From contig CAVXGR010000015.1 in the NCBI GenBank assembly GCA_963761335.1, positions 160,001 through 224,000 on the forward strand: 64,000 bases of DNA. Reading direction: 5' to 3'. Of this stretch, positions 9,901 to 18,274 are shown piece by piece; the first letter of the stretch is position 1; each line of letters starts with the position of its first letter. A model generated the notes under the pieces. It did no database searches and was not told where the DNA came from. It saw only the letters and a list, made by a program, of their open reading frames with translations. The stretch comes from an uncultured delta proteobacterium (lineage in GTDB: Bacteria; Desulfobacterota; Binatia; HRBIN30; BPIQ01). A program made the position numbers and the translations under genes.

Positions 9901-10410
9901 CTCGTCGGCCTCGCGGCGGAGCGCTTCGAGGAGGCGATGGATCCCGCGGCCACCGACACCGGCATCGAAGAGGCTCTCGCCCACGTCGCCACCGCCGCAC
10001 AGAAGGGCTTCGGCGCCTTCGCGCAGGGTGAGGTGATCGAGGCCGAAGACGACGCGGAACAATGGCTCGCTGACGCCGCCGAGGAATCTCTTCAAGGCGC
10101 CGTCCTCGACGGCATTCTCCTCGCCGTCGAGGAGCGTGTTCTTGATTCCCTTGCGGCGGATGAAGTGCATCTCGGTACCGTCGGCGGCGGCGAGGTGGGC
10201 GCCGATGCGCAGATCCGGCATCGGGTGCGAATGGGCATCGGCCGTGTTGACGGGAATCCCGTAGAGCATCCCGGTGATGGCGCGCAGCGCCGTGCTCTTG
10301 CCAGCCTCGTTCGGGCCGTAGATCACCTGCAAAGCCGGGCGGCCGCCGAAGTCGAGGACGGTGCCGCTGAAGGGGCCGAAGGCCAGCAGCTGCAGCTCGA
10401 GCAGTCTCAC
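6910..10410 (-). CDS. YhaN-like (AAA_27, SbcC/Rad50-like) coiled-coil ATPase
   Basis: IYGPNEAGKST Walker A, long coiled coil, LSDGTRDQLYLSLRLA signature, LDDILIHFDD Walker B, FFTHH; GTG start overlaps upstream stop. Confidence 0.92.
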   Translation of the reverse strand: MRLLELQLLAFGPFSGTVLDFGGRPALQVIYGPNEAGKSTALRAITGMLYGIPVNTADAHSHPMPDLRIGAHLAAADGTEMHFIRRKGIKNTLLDGEENAVEDGALKRFLGGVSEPLFRVVFGLDHLTLREGAEALLCGGGDVGESLFDAGVGGRGIHRLLEALRREADELFKPRGSTPKLNEALRAFRDAERRTRGSVLSADAWAKQKEAIEERSTIRDRCREEQRHLAAEQNRLQRTLRVLPLLARLRELRCERQEIGEVVMLAADAGERRQRAERELAHCRQESERLAGEIDRLERRQSQLRIPESLVQVDETVVAELQNRLGSHRAAAADLPRRLSELRYLEEEARRVPANLGREVPLEQIEALRVPLPAQAAIKKLAREHSGVRKALSLIEQRLEKREAELEAQQRAAGTLQSPPDLAPLRRAIAAAQRRGEVDESIARLRRAIADTEESAARQMPDLGLPSGSVADLPSLRLPLAESIEAFAERLAALQREEEEGSRREEDLHRRRRRAARGVDELQRAGEVPTEEQLLRRRAGRDELWAQLREAPASTDFPSAAAAYEQAVRDADLLADRLRREADRVAKLASLLAEQGEIAEEERAARAAAAQRAERCDAAEREWRALWNESGVEPRSPAEMRVWLSRVAALRQLAEQYEKSRRDCAEMETRRRESTERLRQELAALGAPPPGSSRESLRELVVYAEEAMTQMQAAAHRRQEITATAASLEEEIADLRRQRDDARLEVESWQREWTVRMQALGLGAEATPEEAVAVLDSLVALFAKMAEISKLQARIDGIRRDGEAFRAEVAHLVDEHAAELSPEPPDQAAEALLAAYHRGRADAQERQGIAAELTEKHSACAELRERLQGAETQLALLMRQADAASTADLEEIERRSRRAADIDAEVERLDRELLQLGDGATVEELLAQTRDVDADDARARLGEIAEAMEAARDRQAALDHELGGLENGLDQLASRSGADDAAEAQEHLAAIRVYARRYLRARLAALVLEREIDRYRDRNQGPVLSRANHIFPKLTLGRYTALRAGFDAGDRAVLECVRGDGKRVGVGGLSDGTRDQLYLSLRLASLEHYAQQNEPMPLVLDDILIHFDDARARAALEVLGELARRGQILFFTHHARLLELAREAVPDCVEHRLEPAPLEAAAVAGG

Positions 10411-11669
10411 GTTTCCTCGGCGGCGGACAGCAGCTGCGGCAGTAGGCTCCGCTCCAGCTCGCGCAGCGCTTCGCGAATCGTCTCCGGATCGTCGAGGCGG
10501 AGGCCGTCCTCGCCCTCGCGCGCCTCGTTTGGCAGGCGGGCCCGCAGCTCGCCAAGCTCCCCGAGCAGCGTCTCCAACATCTGCGGATCCGACTGCAGCT
10601 CGCGCAGCGCGCGGACCACCTGGCTCGCGGCATCGTCGCGCTCCGAGAGCGGCTCGAGATCGACTGCGCCGCGGGTGTCGAAGCGCACCTTTTCGAGCCA
10701 GATGCCTTCGCCGCCGACGTCGTTGGCGGCGGCGCGCAGGGCGTTCTCCCAGCGCTCGGCGTGCCGCTGCAGAGAGGCGTGCGCCGCCGTCGAGCCGGTG
10801 AGCGTCAGGCGGACGGCGACCGTGCGGCCGTCGCTGTCCGCGGACAGGCGTTCCATCGCGGCGCGGGCGAGGTCGACCGCATCCTCGGCCGAGCGCGCCT
10901 CCGACACCTCGACTTCGGCCGCCGCCCAGCGCACCGCGTCGAGGGGGCGGTGGACGACGTGGCGGACGCGCCCGCCCTCGACTTCGACGAGGACGGCGCC
11001 CTTGGCACCGGTCTCGCGCGCATGGCGACCCTGGAGGTTGCCGGGGAAGACGATCCACGGATCGGAGGACAGCACCTCGTGGCGATGCACGTGGCCCAGG
11101 GCCCAGTAGTCGTATCCCTTGCTGATCAGGGTCTCGAGGCTGCACGGCGCATAGCTGTCGTGCCCCTCGCGGCCGGTGGCGCAGGTGTGCAGCAGGCCGA
11201 TGTTGAAGAGGCCGGGAATCGCCGGCGGGTAGCGCGCCGCCAGATCCTCCTCGACGGCGCGGCTGGCGAACCCCTGGCCGTGAACGGCGATCCCGAGCCG
11301 CTCGAGGATGTGCGTCTCCGGCTTGCGGGTCGACAGCTCCACGGCGTTGTCGGGGAGCTGCAGGTGGCGGGTGATCTGGCTGGCGGCGTCGTGGTTGCCG
11401 CGAATCCACACCACGGCGACGCCTTCGCGGCGCAAGCGGGAGATCTGCGCGGCGAGAAACAGGCCGGTGGAGTAATCCTTCCAGTTGCCGTCGTAGAGAT
11501 CGCCGGCGAGGAGAAGCAGCTCGGCGCCCTCGTCGAGGCAGAGGTCGATGAGGTTCTCGAGCGCCCGCCGCGTCGCCCCGCGAATCTGCTCGACCGGGGC
11601 GCCCTCGTAGCGTTCCAGACCGCGCAGCGGGCTGTCGAGGTGCAGGTCGGCAGCGTGGACGAGCTTCAT
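10407..11669 (-). CDS. YhaO-like (Mre11/SbcD) metallophosphoesterase DNA repair exonuclease
   Basis: HAADLHLD, AGDLYD, GNHD, YWALGHVH, PGNLQGR. Confidence 0.93.
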   Translation of the reverse strand: MKLVHAADLHLDSPLRGLERYEGAPVEQIRGATRRALENLIDLCLDEGAELLLLAGDLYDGNWKDYSTGLFLAAQISRLRREGVAVVWIRGNHDAASQITRHLQLPDNAVELSTRKPETHILERLGIAVHGQGFASRAVEEDLAARYPPAIPGLFNIGLLHTCATGREGHDSYAPCSLETLISKGYDYWALGHVHRHEVLSSDPWIVFPGNLQGRHARETGAKGAVLVEVEGGRVRHVVHRPLDAVRWAAAEVEVSEARSAEDAVDLARAAMERLSADSDGRTVAVRLTLTGSTAAHASLQRHAERWENALRAAANDVGGEGIWLEKVRFDTRGAVDLEPLSERDDAASQVVRALRELQSDPQMLETLLGELGELRARLPNEAREGEDGLRLDDPETIREALRELERSLLPQLLSAAEET

Positions 11670-11756
11670 CAGAGACTCGGGATTAACCCTCCCGAGCGGC
11701 GCTTGCAATGGAGGACGCCGGTGCTCTTCGAGCAGCTCGCAGGCCGCCCCAAACCC

Positions 11757-11843
11757 CTGCCCGCGCCCGTGCCCGTGCCCTGCCCGTCTCTGAACGACGC
11801 TGGGAAAGACCGGGCACGGGCAGGGGCACGGGCGCGGGCACGG
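11757..11843. repeat. Palindrome built of GCCCG(T/C) hexamer arms
   Basis: tgcccgcgcccgtgcccgtgccctgcccg ... cgggcacgggcaggggcacgggcgcgggca. Confidence 0.75.
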
Positions 11844-11909
11844 GAGAGCCGAGCCGGCGAGGCTCTACGAGAAGTCGCGAGATACTCGTCCCGCCGGCGA
11901 ACCGGGAAG

Positions 11910-11960
11910 AGTAGAAGCGGCGTCTCGCCGCTTCAGGAAGCAGCGGACGGCGCTTCTGCT
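11910..11960. repeat. GTAG-type REP-like doublet, copy 1
   Basis: GTAGAAGCGGCGTCTCGCCGCTT...GGACGGCGCTTCTGC; inverted copies at 30543-30592 and 52802-52853. Confidence 0.8.
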
Positions 11961-12039
11961 TTGGCCCCTTACTGGCGGAGCTGTCTCTTTGCACCTTTCC
12001 AGTTCCGCCCGATGAGCAACAGCCGATGCTCGGAAACCG

Positions 12040-12068
12040 TCGCGCAGCTGAACGGTGGCGTTTAGGCA
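12040..12068 (+). other. Degenerate right half of an attC-like site
   Basis: gcagctgaacggtggcGTTTAGGC about 40 bp upstream of the toxin start; no clear left half. Confidence 0.45.
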
Positions 12069-12107
12069 TTTGACCGCAACTTCAGTTCTGGCGAGATTCT
12101 GGCCAGA

Positions 12108-12438
12108 ATGCGTCGAGAGATCATTCTGGCCCCCGAAACGAAGGAGGACTTCGAGGCGCTCAAAGCGAACAATCGGGCGGTGCTACGAGGTGCAATGGAG
12201 CAACACCTGCGGCACGATCCAACGAAGACGAGTCGGAGTTCGAATCAAACGCCTTCGGGGAATGCGTCGTCCCCAATATCGGCTGCACGTCGATGAGGTG
12301 CGGGTCTTCTACGACGTGACCGACCAGGCCGTCGAGGTATTGGCAATCGTAGAGAAGTCCGAGGCCGCCAAGTGGCTTAAACGACATGGCGAGCCGGAGA
12401 AACAGCCGGCTGCAGAGCAGGGAGAACGCAAGTCATGA
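12108..12438 (+). pseudogene. RelE/ParE-family toxin, frameshifted
   Basis: MRREIILAPE...PTKTSRS continues in another frame as RIKRLRGMRRPQYRLHVDEVRVFYDV; one extra T near 12240. Confidence 0.8.
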
Positions 12439-12770
12439 AGGAAGTGTCATTGTCTGAGGTCAAGGACGATCTGTCGCGATACTTGCGCCAGGCCGCGAAG
12501 GAGGAGATCGTGATCACCCGGCACGGGAGAGCGGCCGGCGTTCTCATCGGCTTCGAGTCCGAAGATGATTGGTTCGACTACCGTCTCGAGAACGATCCCC
12601 GTTTCCTGGCCCGGATCGCCGCCGCCCGGGCCAGCCTGCGTGCTGGGCGTGGCGTGCGACTAGAGGATCTCGAAGTGGAGGGAACCGCTAACCAGGGCGC
12701 TGCACCGGGCCGCGGCCAGACGCGCACTCGACCCAGGCCGGGCACGTCACGTCGTGGCCGCGGCCGGTGA
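12435..12770 (+). CDS. Phd/YefM-family antitoxin (C-terminal tail reads through the attC-like site)
   Basis: MKEVSLSEVKDDLSRYL...EEIVITRHGRAAGVL; ATGA overlap with toxin. Confidence 0.85.
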   Translation: MKEVSLSEVKDDLSRYLRQAAKEEIVITRHGRAAGVLIGFESEDDWFDYRLENDPRFLARIAAARASLRAGRGVRLEDLEVEGTANQGAAPGRGQTRTRPRPGTSRRGRGR

Positions 12771-12785
12771 GCGCCAACGTTCAAG
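12686..12785 (+). other. attC-like site
   Basis: CGCTAAC..ggcgctgcaccgggccgcggcca ... tggccgcggccggtgagcgcc aacGTTCAAG: imperfect palindrome with AAC/GTT ends and bulged bases. Confidence 0.7.
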
Positions 12786-12830
12786 GGTGAAGAGGCCGGG
12801 CCTTCCGTCAAACGGCTCGCTGGCACCCGG

Positions 12831-12957
12831 TCAGTCGCTGGGGCGGAGCGGATAGCCCTCCCAGCGCGCCAGGACGGCGGCGCCGACCATGTCGCTCCAG
12901 ACGTTGACGCTGGTGCGGCACATGTCGAGGATGCGGTCCGCGGCGAGGATCAGGCCG
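12831..12957 (-). repeat. 127-bp duplicate of the DAACS symporter 3' end (att-like)
   Basis: Matches 24974-25100 with 4 mismatches; first 101 bp identical, including the stop codon. Confidence 0.92.
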
Positions 12958-12961
12958 TACG

Positions 12962-13573
12962 GGCGCTCTCCAGGCTGTTCCGGGGGCAAGCTCATCGCCG
13001 CCCTTGAGCACGCCCGCGACCGCGGTCAGCTCCGCTACTTGGGCCAAAGTGCTCCACTGCACGAGCCCGGCTCCTGGAGCTCCCTCATCGCCGCGCTCAG
13101 GAAGCAAGACTGGGTCGTCTACTCGAAGCCGCCGTTCGGCGGACCGGGGCAAGTGCTCAAGTACCTCAGCCGCTATACCCACCGCGTGGCCATCTCCAAC
13201 CGCCGTATCCTCTCCGTCGAGGGCGGCCAGGTGTGCTTCGAGTACCGCGACTACGCCGATCACAGCCGGCGCAAGGAGATGTCGCTTCCGGCCACGGAGC
13301 TCCTGCGCCGCTTCCTCCAGCATGTCGTCCCCAAGGGCTTCATGCGCATCCGCCACTACGGCATCACCGCCAACTGCCGCCGACAGGAGAAGCTTGCCCG
13401 CTGTCGAGACCTTCTGGGGCAGACATCCTTGCCCGCTCCGGAGCCCTGCCGCTCCTATGCGTCATCGGAGAGCGCCCTCCGACTCCGGCCCGGCCCGCTG
13501 CCCCACCTGCGGCGGCTCGATGCGTTCGGTCGAGATCATCCCACCCACCGTCGCGCCCCACGACAGCTCATGA
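12962..13573 (+). pseudogene. IS91-family (Y2 HUH) transposase, 5'-truncated and frameshifted
   Basis: WVVYSKPPF, LKYLSRYTHRVAISNRRI (YxxxY), RRFLQHVVPKGFMRIRHYG; CPTCGG...DSS tail in another frame. Confidence 0.88.
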
Positions 13574-13852
13574 GCGACCCCGCCTGTTTCTCCCAAATCG
13601 ACCACCCCGCCGCGGCCTCTTTGCGACCGATCAGGAAGCTGCGTCCTGCCGGCCGATCTTCGCACTTCTTCCCGCTTCCCATTCCTCTCCGGGCGCCGGC
13701 CACCTCACCACCTGTCAACGCTTCCACCCCTCGTCACCCCTCTCCCCGCGGGCGCCGACGACCTCACTCCTTGTTTCCTGCCACCGATCTCCGATAAGAC
13801 CCCCATAGCCAGGAAGAGGCATCGGTGGTCAGCGGTTCAGCTCAACGGGGCC

Positions 13853-13919
13853 TTTCCGCCATCCGGCCACGGGGCGGCCCGAATACTCGCGCGGCGTCTC
13901 TGCGGCCGGATGGCGGAAA
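13853..13919. other. Perfect 16-bp inverted repeat at the presumed IS91-element terminus
   Basis: tttccgccatccggcc (13853-13868) / ggccggatggcggaaa (13904-13919), preceded by GGTTCAGCTCAAC. Confidence 0.7.
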
Positions 13920-13944
13920 AACCCTTCTTGCCGGAGTCTGCCAA

Positions 13945-16149
13945 ATGGAAGACCAGACTATCGACCCACGGGCATTCTCGTTCGCCGTTGAAAGAATAGC
14001 GGACGGATTCATCTTCGAGGAGTTTGCAAACCAGCTTGCAAGCTCGGCGCTGGGATACAAATTTCTCCCGGCCGGGGGCATCAAGGACCGCGGAATCGAT
14101 GGCCTCCAGCACGTCTTCCAACGAGAGGGCTTCGAGCAGTGGATCTATCAATCGTCGATCGAGAAGAATCCTGAGGCAAAGATCGAAAGAACCGTCGAGG
14201 CGCTCACCAAGAACGGGGTCCCGTTTGACGTCCTCCACTATGTCACTAACCAAGCCGTACCCGCGAAGGACGAGGTCACTCGTCGCTTCTTCGAGAAGCA
14301 CAAGAAGCCCTTACTTGTGTTCGATTTGGCGTGGCTCACAGCAAACGCGAACAAGAACGCTGGAACCCAAACGGCATTCCGGGTGTTTGCCTCCCGCCAT
14401 CTGCACGAGTATCAGCAACCTGGCAAGGCGTACGTAGTTTCCGACCTCGTCTCCGACCCCCGGCTCTACGTATTCCTCAGACAAGAGCTCGAGTTGGCGC
14501 ACGGCCGCGATCTCAACGATACACTGGTCGATACGCTGATCCTCTTTGCCCTTGAGAACACAGATCCAGACAAGCCCGTTTTGATGACTCTGCAGGAGAT
14601 CGTGCACGACATTCGTCGGCGCATCAGTTTCGACCCGGCGATGCTCCGTGATGCGATACCGCGTAGACTGGAGGCGCTCTCGACGAAGCCGCGAAGGATC
14701 AACCACCACACGAAGGAAGATGCCTATTGCTTGCCCTACGAAACGCGATGTGCCCTTCAAGATAGAAATCTGGCAGACGCAGCTTTGCAAGACGCCTTTC
14801 GCCAAGAATCGAGTGCCAGGCTAACAAAGTACCTCGACGGCACCAAAGTCAGGGACGGGGTTGGGCTGATCGAGGGCGTCCTTCATCGCCTATTCCACCA
14901 GCAGGGTCTGGAATTCTCGGGGTTTTTGCTCAAGGGCGAGAATCGTCAGGCCGTGGAAAAGAATCTAGCTGAACTGATTGTCGCAGTTGTGGATGAAAAG
15001 CGGATCGTGGACCAAAACCGGGAAAAGGTCGTTGCCGCTCTTCATGTCACCATTCGGGACATCGTCTACAACGGGACGCCTGAACAGAAGGAGTTTCTGA
15101 GGAAACTAGCGAATACCTACATGATGCTGTTCATGCTTAACGTGGACCCCAAGGTAACGGCTTACTTCAGGTCCATGGCCTCGCAGCTCCGCATCTACGT
15201 GGACAACTCCATTATCATACCCGCACTCTCCGAGTATTTTCTGACCGTTGAGAATCGACGCCACTGGAACCTGCTGAGGCAGGCAACTGTTGCCGGAGTA
15301 ACGCTGATCGTTGGGGACCAGATGGCTGATGAGCTTGTCAGCCATTTCAGAATGATCAGGCAGAAGTACAACGACTTCTACCGTGCCAACGAGGCGGTCT
15401 ATCTGGCCGATGAAACAGCGATGCTGTACATCGACGAGATCATGATTCGAGCCTACTTCTACTCGAAGTCCCGGAAGCAGGTAGACACCTTCGATTCATT
15501 TCTAGACAAGTTCGTGGACCCGGCTGTCGGAAGGAGGGCAAGGGACGACCTGGTCACTTGGCTGGAACACGAGTTCGGCATCCGATTCCTTCCTGCTAGT
15601 AGCGTCGACGTACATGTACCAGAGGACGAGGTGCAGCGGCTAGTCGCGGAACTGAGCAAGACCAAGTCTCACAAGGAGAAGGCTAGAACCGACGCAGAAC
15701 TGATTCTCTCCATTTATCACCAGCGAACGACCGAGTCCAAGGGTGGCTGCAACAGCAGCATGCTCGGCTATCGAACCTGGTGGCTTTCGAAAGACACAAC
15801 AACACAGAAGGCCGTGAATGCAGTGTTCGGCGATAAGTTCGATACGAGCTGCTACATCCGCCCGGACTTCCTGCACAACTACATCTGCTTGTCACCCTCG
15901 GTAGAAGAAGTTGACGACGCCTACAGGAAGATCTTCCCGAGCCTAATTGGCGTCAACATTAGCTTCCACCTGCCTCCGGACCTGATTGCAGCGGTCCAAT
16001 CTCGGGTGCGAGAACACGGCGAAAAGAATCAGGCGCGCCTCGTCGCGGTTCTCCGAGATTTGACTGATCGCCTCAAGTCAGAGGCAACGATGCTCAATGC
16101 AAATCAAGTCAAGCTGTTCCTGGACGAGAGGCTTTCGGGAACCAGGTAG
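13945..16149 (+). CDS. Hypothetical 734-aa protein with putative N-terminal PD-(D/E)XK nuclease and C-terminal PIN-like region
   Basis: FEEFA...GGIKDRGIDG...IYQSS; IYVDNSII...ELVSH...DAELIL...WWLSKD; visibly lower GC; followed by attC-like site. Confidence 0.65.
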   Translation: MEDQTIDPRAFSFAVERIADGFIFEEFANQLASSALGYKFLPAGGIKDRGIDGLQHVFQREGFEQWIYQSSIEKNPEAKIERTVEALTKNGVPFDVLHYVTNQAVPAKDEVTRRFFEKHKKPLLVFDLAWLTANANKNAGTQTAFRVFASRHLHEYQQPGKAYVVSDLVSDPRLYVFLRQELELAHGRDLNDTLVDTLILFALENTDPDKPVLMTLQEIVHDIRRRISFDPAMLRDAIPRRLEALSTKPRRINHHTKEDAYCLPYETRCALQDRNLADAALQDAFRQESSARLTKYLDGTKVRDGVGLIEGVLHRLFHQQGLEFSGFLLKGENRQAVEKNLAELIVAVVDEKRIVDQNREKVVAALHVTIRDIVYNGTPEQKEFLRKLANTYMMLFMLNVDPKVTAYFRSMASQLRIYVDNSIIIPALSEYFLTVENRRHWNLLRQATVAGVTLIVGDQMADELVSHFRMIRQKYNDFYRANEAVYLADETAMLYIDEIMIRAYFYSKSRKQVDTFDSFLDKFVDPAVGRRARDDLVTWLEHEFGIRFLPASSVDVHVPEDEVQRLVAELSKTKSHKEKARTDAELILSIYHQRTTESKGGCNSSMLGYRTWWLSKDTTTQKAVNAVFGDKFDTSCYIRPDFLHNYICLSPSVEEVDDAYRKIFPSLIGVNISFHLPPDLIAAVQSRVREHGEKNQARLVAVLRDLTDRLKSEATMLNANQVKLFLDERLSGTR

Positions 16150-16170
16150 GGAGATCGGGGAGATGACGCC

Positions 16171-16242
16171 GCATGACATGCCGTTGAAGCGGATGGTCGG
16201 CCGCAGCCGGCCGCCCACCGCTTCAACGGCAAGGCGTTAGCC
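16171..16242 (+). other. attC-like site interrupted by IS1380 at its core
   Basis: GCATGAC atgccgttgaagcggatggtcggc...gccgcccaccgcttcaacggca aggc GTTAGCC. Confidence 0.75.
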
Positions 16243-18105
16243 CCTGAAAAAGCACCTGGGAATGGGAAAATCGCTGCCCGTCCCTGGAAACCCTTGTCGC
16301 ACAAGGCTAATCTCTGTGTCTGACGCGGTCGAGATGAGGCGGTGTGGGGAGGTTTCAGATGAGGGTTCGGGATGCTGCGGTGCTGGAGGAACGAGGGGCG
16401 CGGATTCAGGCGCGGTTGGACCGCGACAATATTCCGGACGACCTGTCGCGACCGATGATCGCCGGGAGCAATGTACGCTATGAGATGTCGGCGCGTATTC
16501 AAGCGACACCGTGCGGCGGCATCGGACTGATCCACGAAATGGTGCGCTCGATCGGTCTTGCCGAAAGCATCGACCGCCACGTCGAGGTGTTCAAGCGACA
16601 CTTCCCGTATCACGAGTCCGACCACGTGCTGAATCTGACGTACAACATCATGTCGGGCGGCACGCGTCTGGAGGATCTCGAGCGGCTGCGTCAGGACGAA
16701 GCGTATCTGAACACATTGGGCTGCCAGCGTGTTCCGGATCCGACCACGGCCGGAGACTTCCTGCGACGATTCGAGGCCGACAATGTGAAGGCGCTGATAC
16801 GCGCCATCAACGAGACGCGCGTGCGGGTGTGGAAGAAGGGGCTGTCGCGGCAAGACAGGAAGCTGGCATTGATCGACAGCGACGGAACCATTGCTCCGAC
16901 TGCCGGCCAGTGCAAAGAGGGCATGGACATGAGCTACAAGGGGCAGTGGGGATACGCGCCGCTGCTGGTGAGCCTGGCCAATACCCAGGAGGTGCTCTTC
17001 ACGGTCAATCGCTCGGGCAACCGGCCCTCGCACGACGGCGCAGCCGAGTACATGGATGCCGCGATCGCTCTGGCGCGTCGGGGCGGCTTCAAGCGGGTGC
17101 GCCTGCGCGGGGACACGGACTTTTCGCTGACCCGCAACTTCGACCGCTGGCACGAAGACGCGGTGCAATTCGTCTTTGGCATGGACTGTATCGATACGCT
17201 GGTGGATCGCGCCAGGGCCTTGTCGGACAAGGAGTGGAAGCTGCTTGAGCGTCCAGGCAACGAGCCGACCGGGGAGCGGGCACGGCCGGACAATGTCAAG
17301 GACCGGATCGTCAACGAGCGCGGCTACACCAAGCTGGTGGGCGACGACGAAAAGATCGCGGAGTTCACCTACCAGCCCGGGGCCTGCAAGCGCAGCTACC
17401 GGGTGGTCGTGCTCAAGAAGCTGATCCGGGTCGAGGAGCGTCAGCAATTGCTGTTCTTCGAGTGCCGCTTTTTCTTCTACGTCACCAACGTCGGCAAGGC
17501 CGAGCTCTCGGCCGAAGACGTGGTCTTTCAAAGCAACGCCCGCTGCAATCAGGAGAACCTCATCGAGCAGCTCAAGAACGGCGTGCAGGCGATGCGTATG
17601 CCGTCCGACACGCTGGTGTCGAACTGGACCTACATGGTGATCGGCGCTCTGGCCTGGAATCTGAAGATCTGGCTCGGACAGCTCCTGCCCAAGGGCGAAC
17701 CGGCCAGCGAGATCCGACGCATGGAGTTCCGCCGCTTTCTCAACAGCGTGATGCTGATCCCGTGCCAGGTGCTGAGCACGGCACGGCGCACCGTGTTGCG
17801 GATTCTCAGCTACACGCCATGGGCGCCGGTATTGCTCGACGGCCTGCAGCACTTTCGACAATGGCGCGAAGCGTAGCGACACCACGCGATGTGGCCGCTC
17901 TTCCCCTCGCATCGCATGGGACGAAAGCAGGTCACTACCCGCTGGGCGGCGATTTGCCCACTTGCGGTGCTGCACCGCGCAGGTTGCAGCAAACATATGG
18001 GTGTCATCAGTCATTTACTACAAGGGACGTTACCATAGTGCCACTCGCGCGGGTCTGCAGGGGCCGGCGAGGCGATTTGGTTATCCACAGGCGCTTGTTT
18101 TGGGG
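16241..18105 (+). mobile_element. IS1380-family insertion sequence
   Basis: Imperfect TIRs CCCCTGAAAAAGCACCTG / CAGGCGCTTGTTTTGGGG; TTAG duplicated at 16237-16240 and 18106-18109. Confidence 0.88.
16359..17876 (+). CDS. IS1380-family DDE transposase
   Basis: YHESDHVLNL, PDPTTAGDFLRRF, IDSDGT, GYAPL, LRGDTDF, RCNQENLIEQLKNG. Confidence 0.92.
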   Translation: MRVRDAAVLEERGARIQARLDRDNIPDDLSRPMIAGSNVRYEMSARIQATPCGGIGLIHEMVRSIGLAESIDRHVEVFKRHFPYHESDHVLNLTYNIMSGGTRLEDLERLRQDEAYLNTLGCQRVPDPTTAGDFLRRFEADNVKALIRAINETRVRVWKKGLSRQDRKLALIDSDGTIAPTAGQCKEGMDMSYKGQWGYAPLLVSLANTQEVLFTVNRSGNRPSHDGAAEYMDAAIALARRGGFKRVRLRGDTDFSLTRNFDRWHEDAVQFVFGMDCIDTLVDRARALSDKEWKLLERPGNEPTGERARPDNVKDRIVNERGYTKLVGDDEKIAEFTYQPGACKRSYRVVVLKKLIRVEERQQLLFFECRFFFYVTNVGKAELSAEDVVFQSNARCNQENLIEQLKNGVQAMRMPSDTLVSNWTYMVIGALAWNLKIWLGQLLPKGEPASEIRRMEFRRFLNSVMLIPCQVLSTARRTVLRILSYTPWAPVLLDGLQHFRQWREA

Positions 18106-18274
18106 TTAGCCAGGCAGAGGTGGCTGCCGCAGTTGCATCGACGGACCGGCACGTCTCGACTGTGAGCGCCTCGTGAAAGTCGCCCTATCCGACATCGTTC
18201 GACGGCTGGTATGCGGACACATTGTAGAACATTCGCAATAGTGCGAGTTTCCAAAACAAGAAGGTTTTTGCCAC

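Noticed and set aside
10411..11409. N-terminal extension of the 1499-aa ORF
   Set aside because: Alternate frame of yhaO; YhaN motifs start at GTG 10410
12889..13797. 302-aa ORF as an intact transposase
   Set aside because: Chimera of the antisense symporter duplicate and a truncated, frameshifted IS91 fragment
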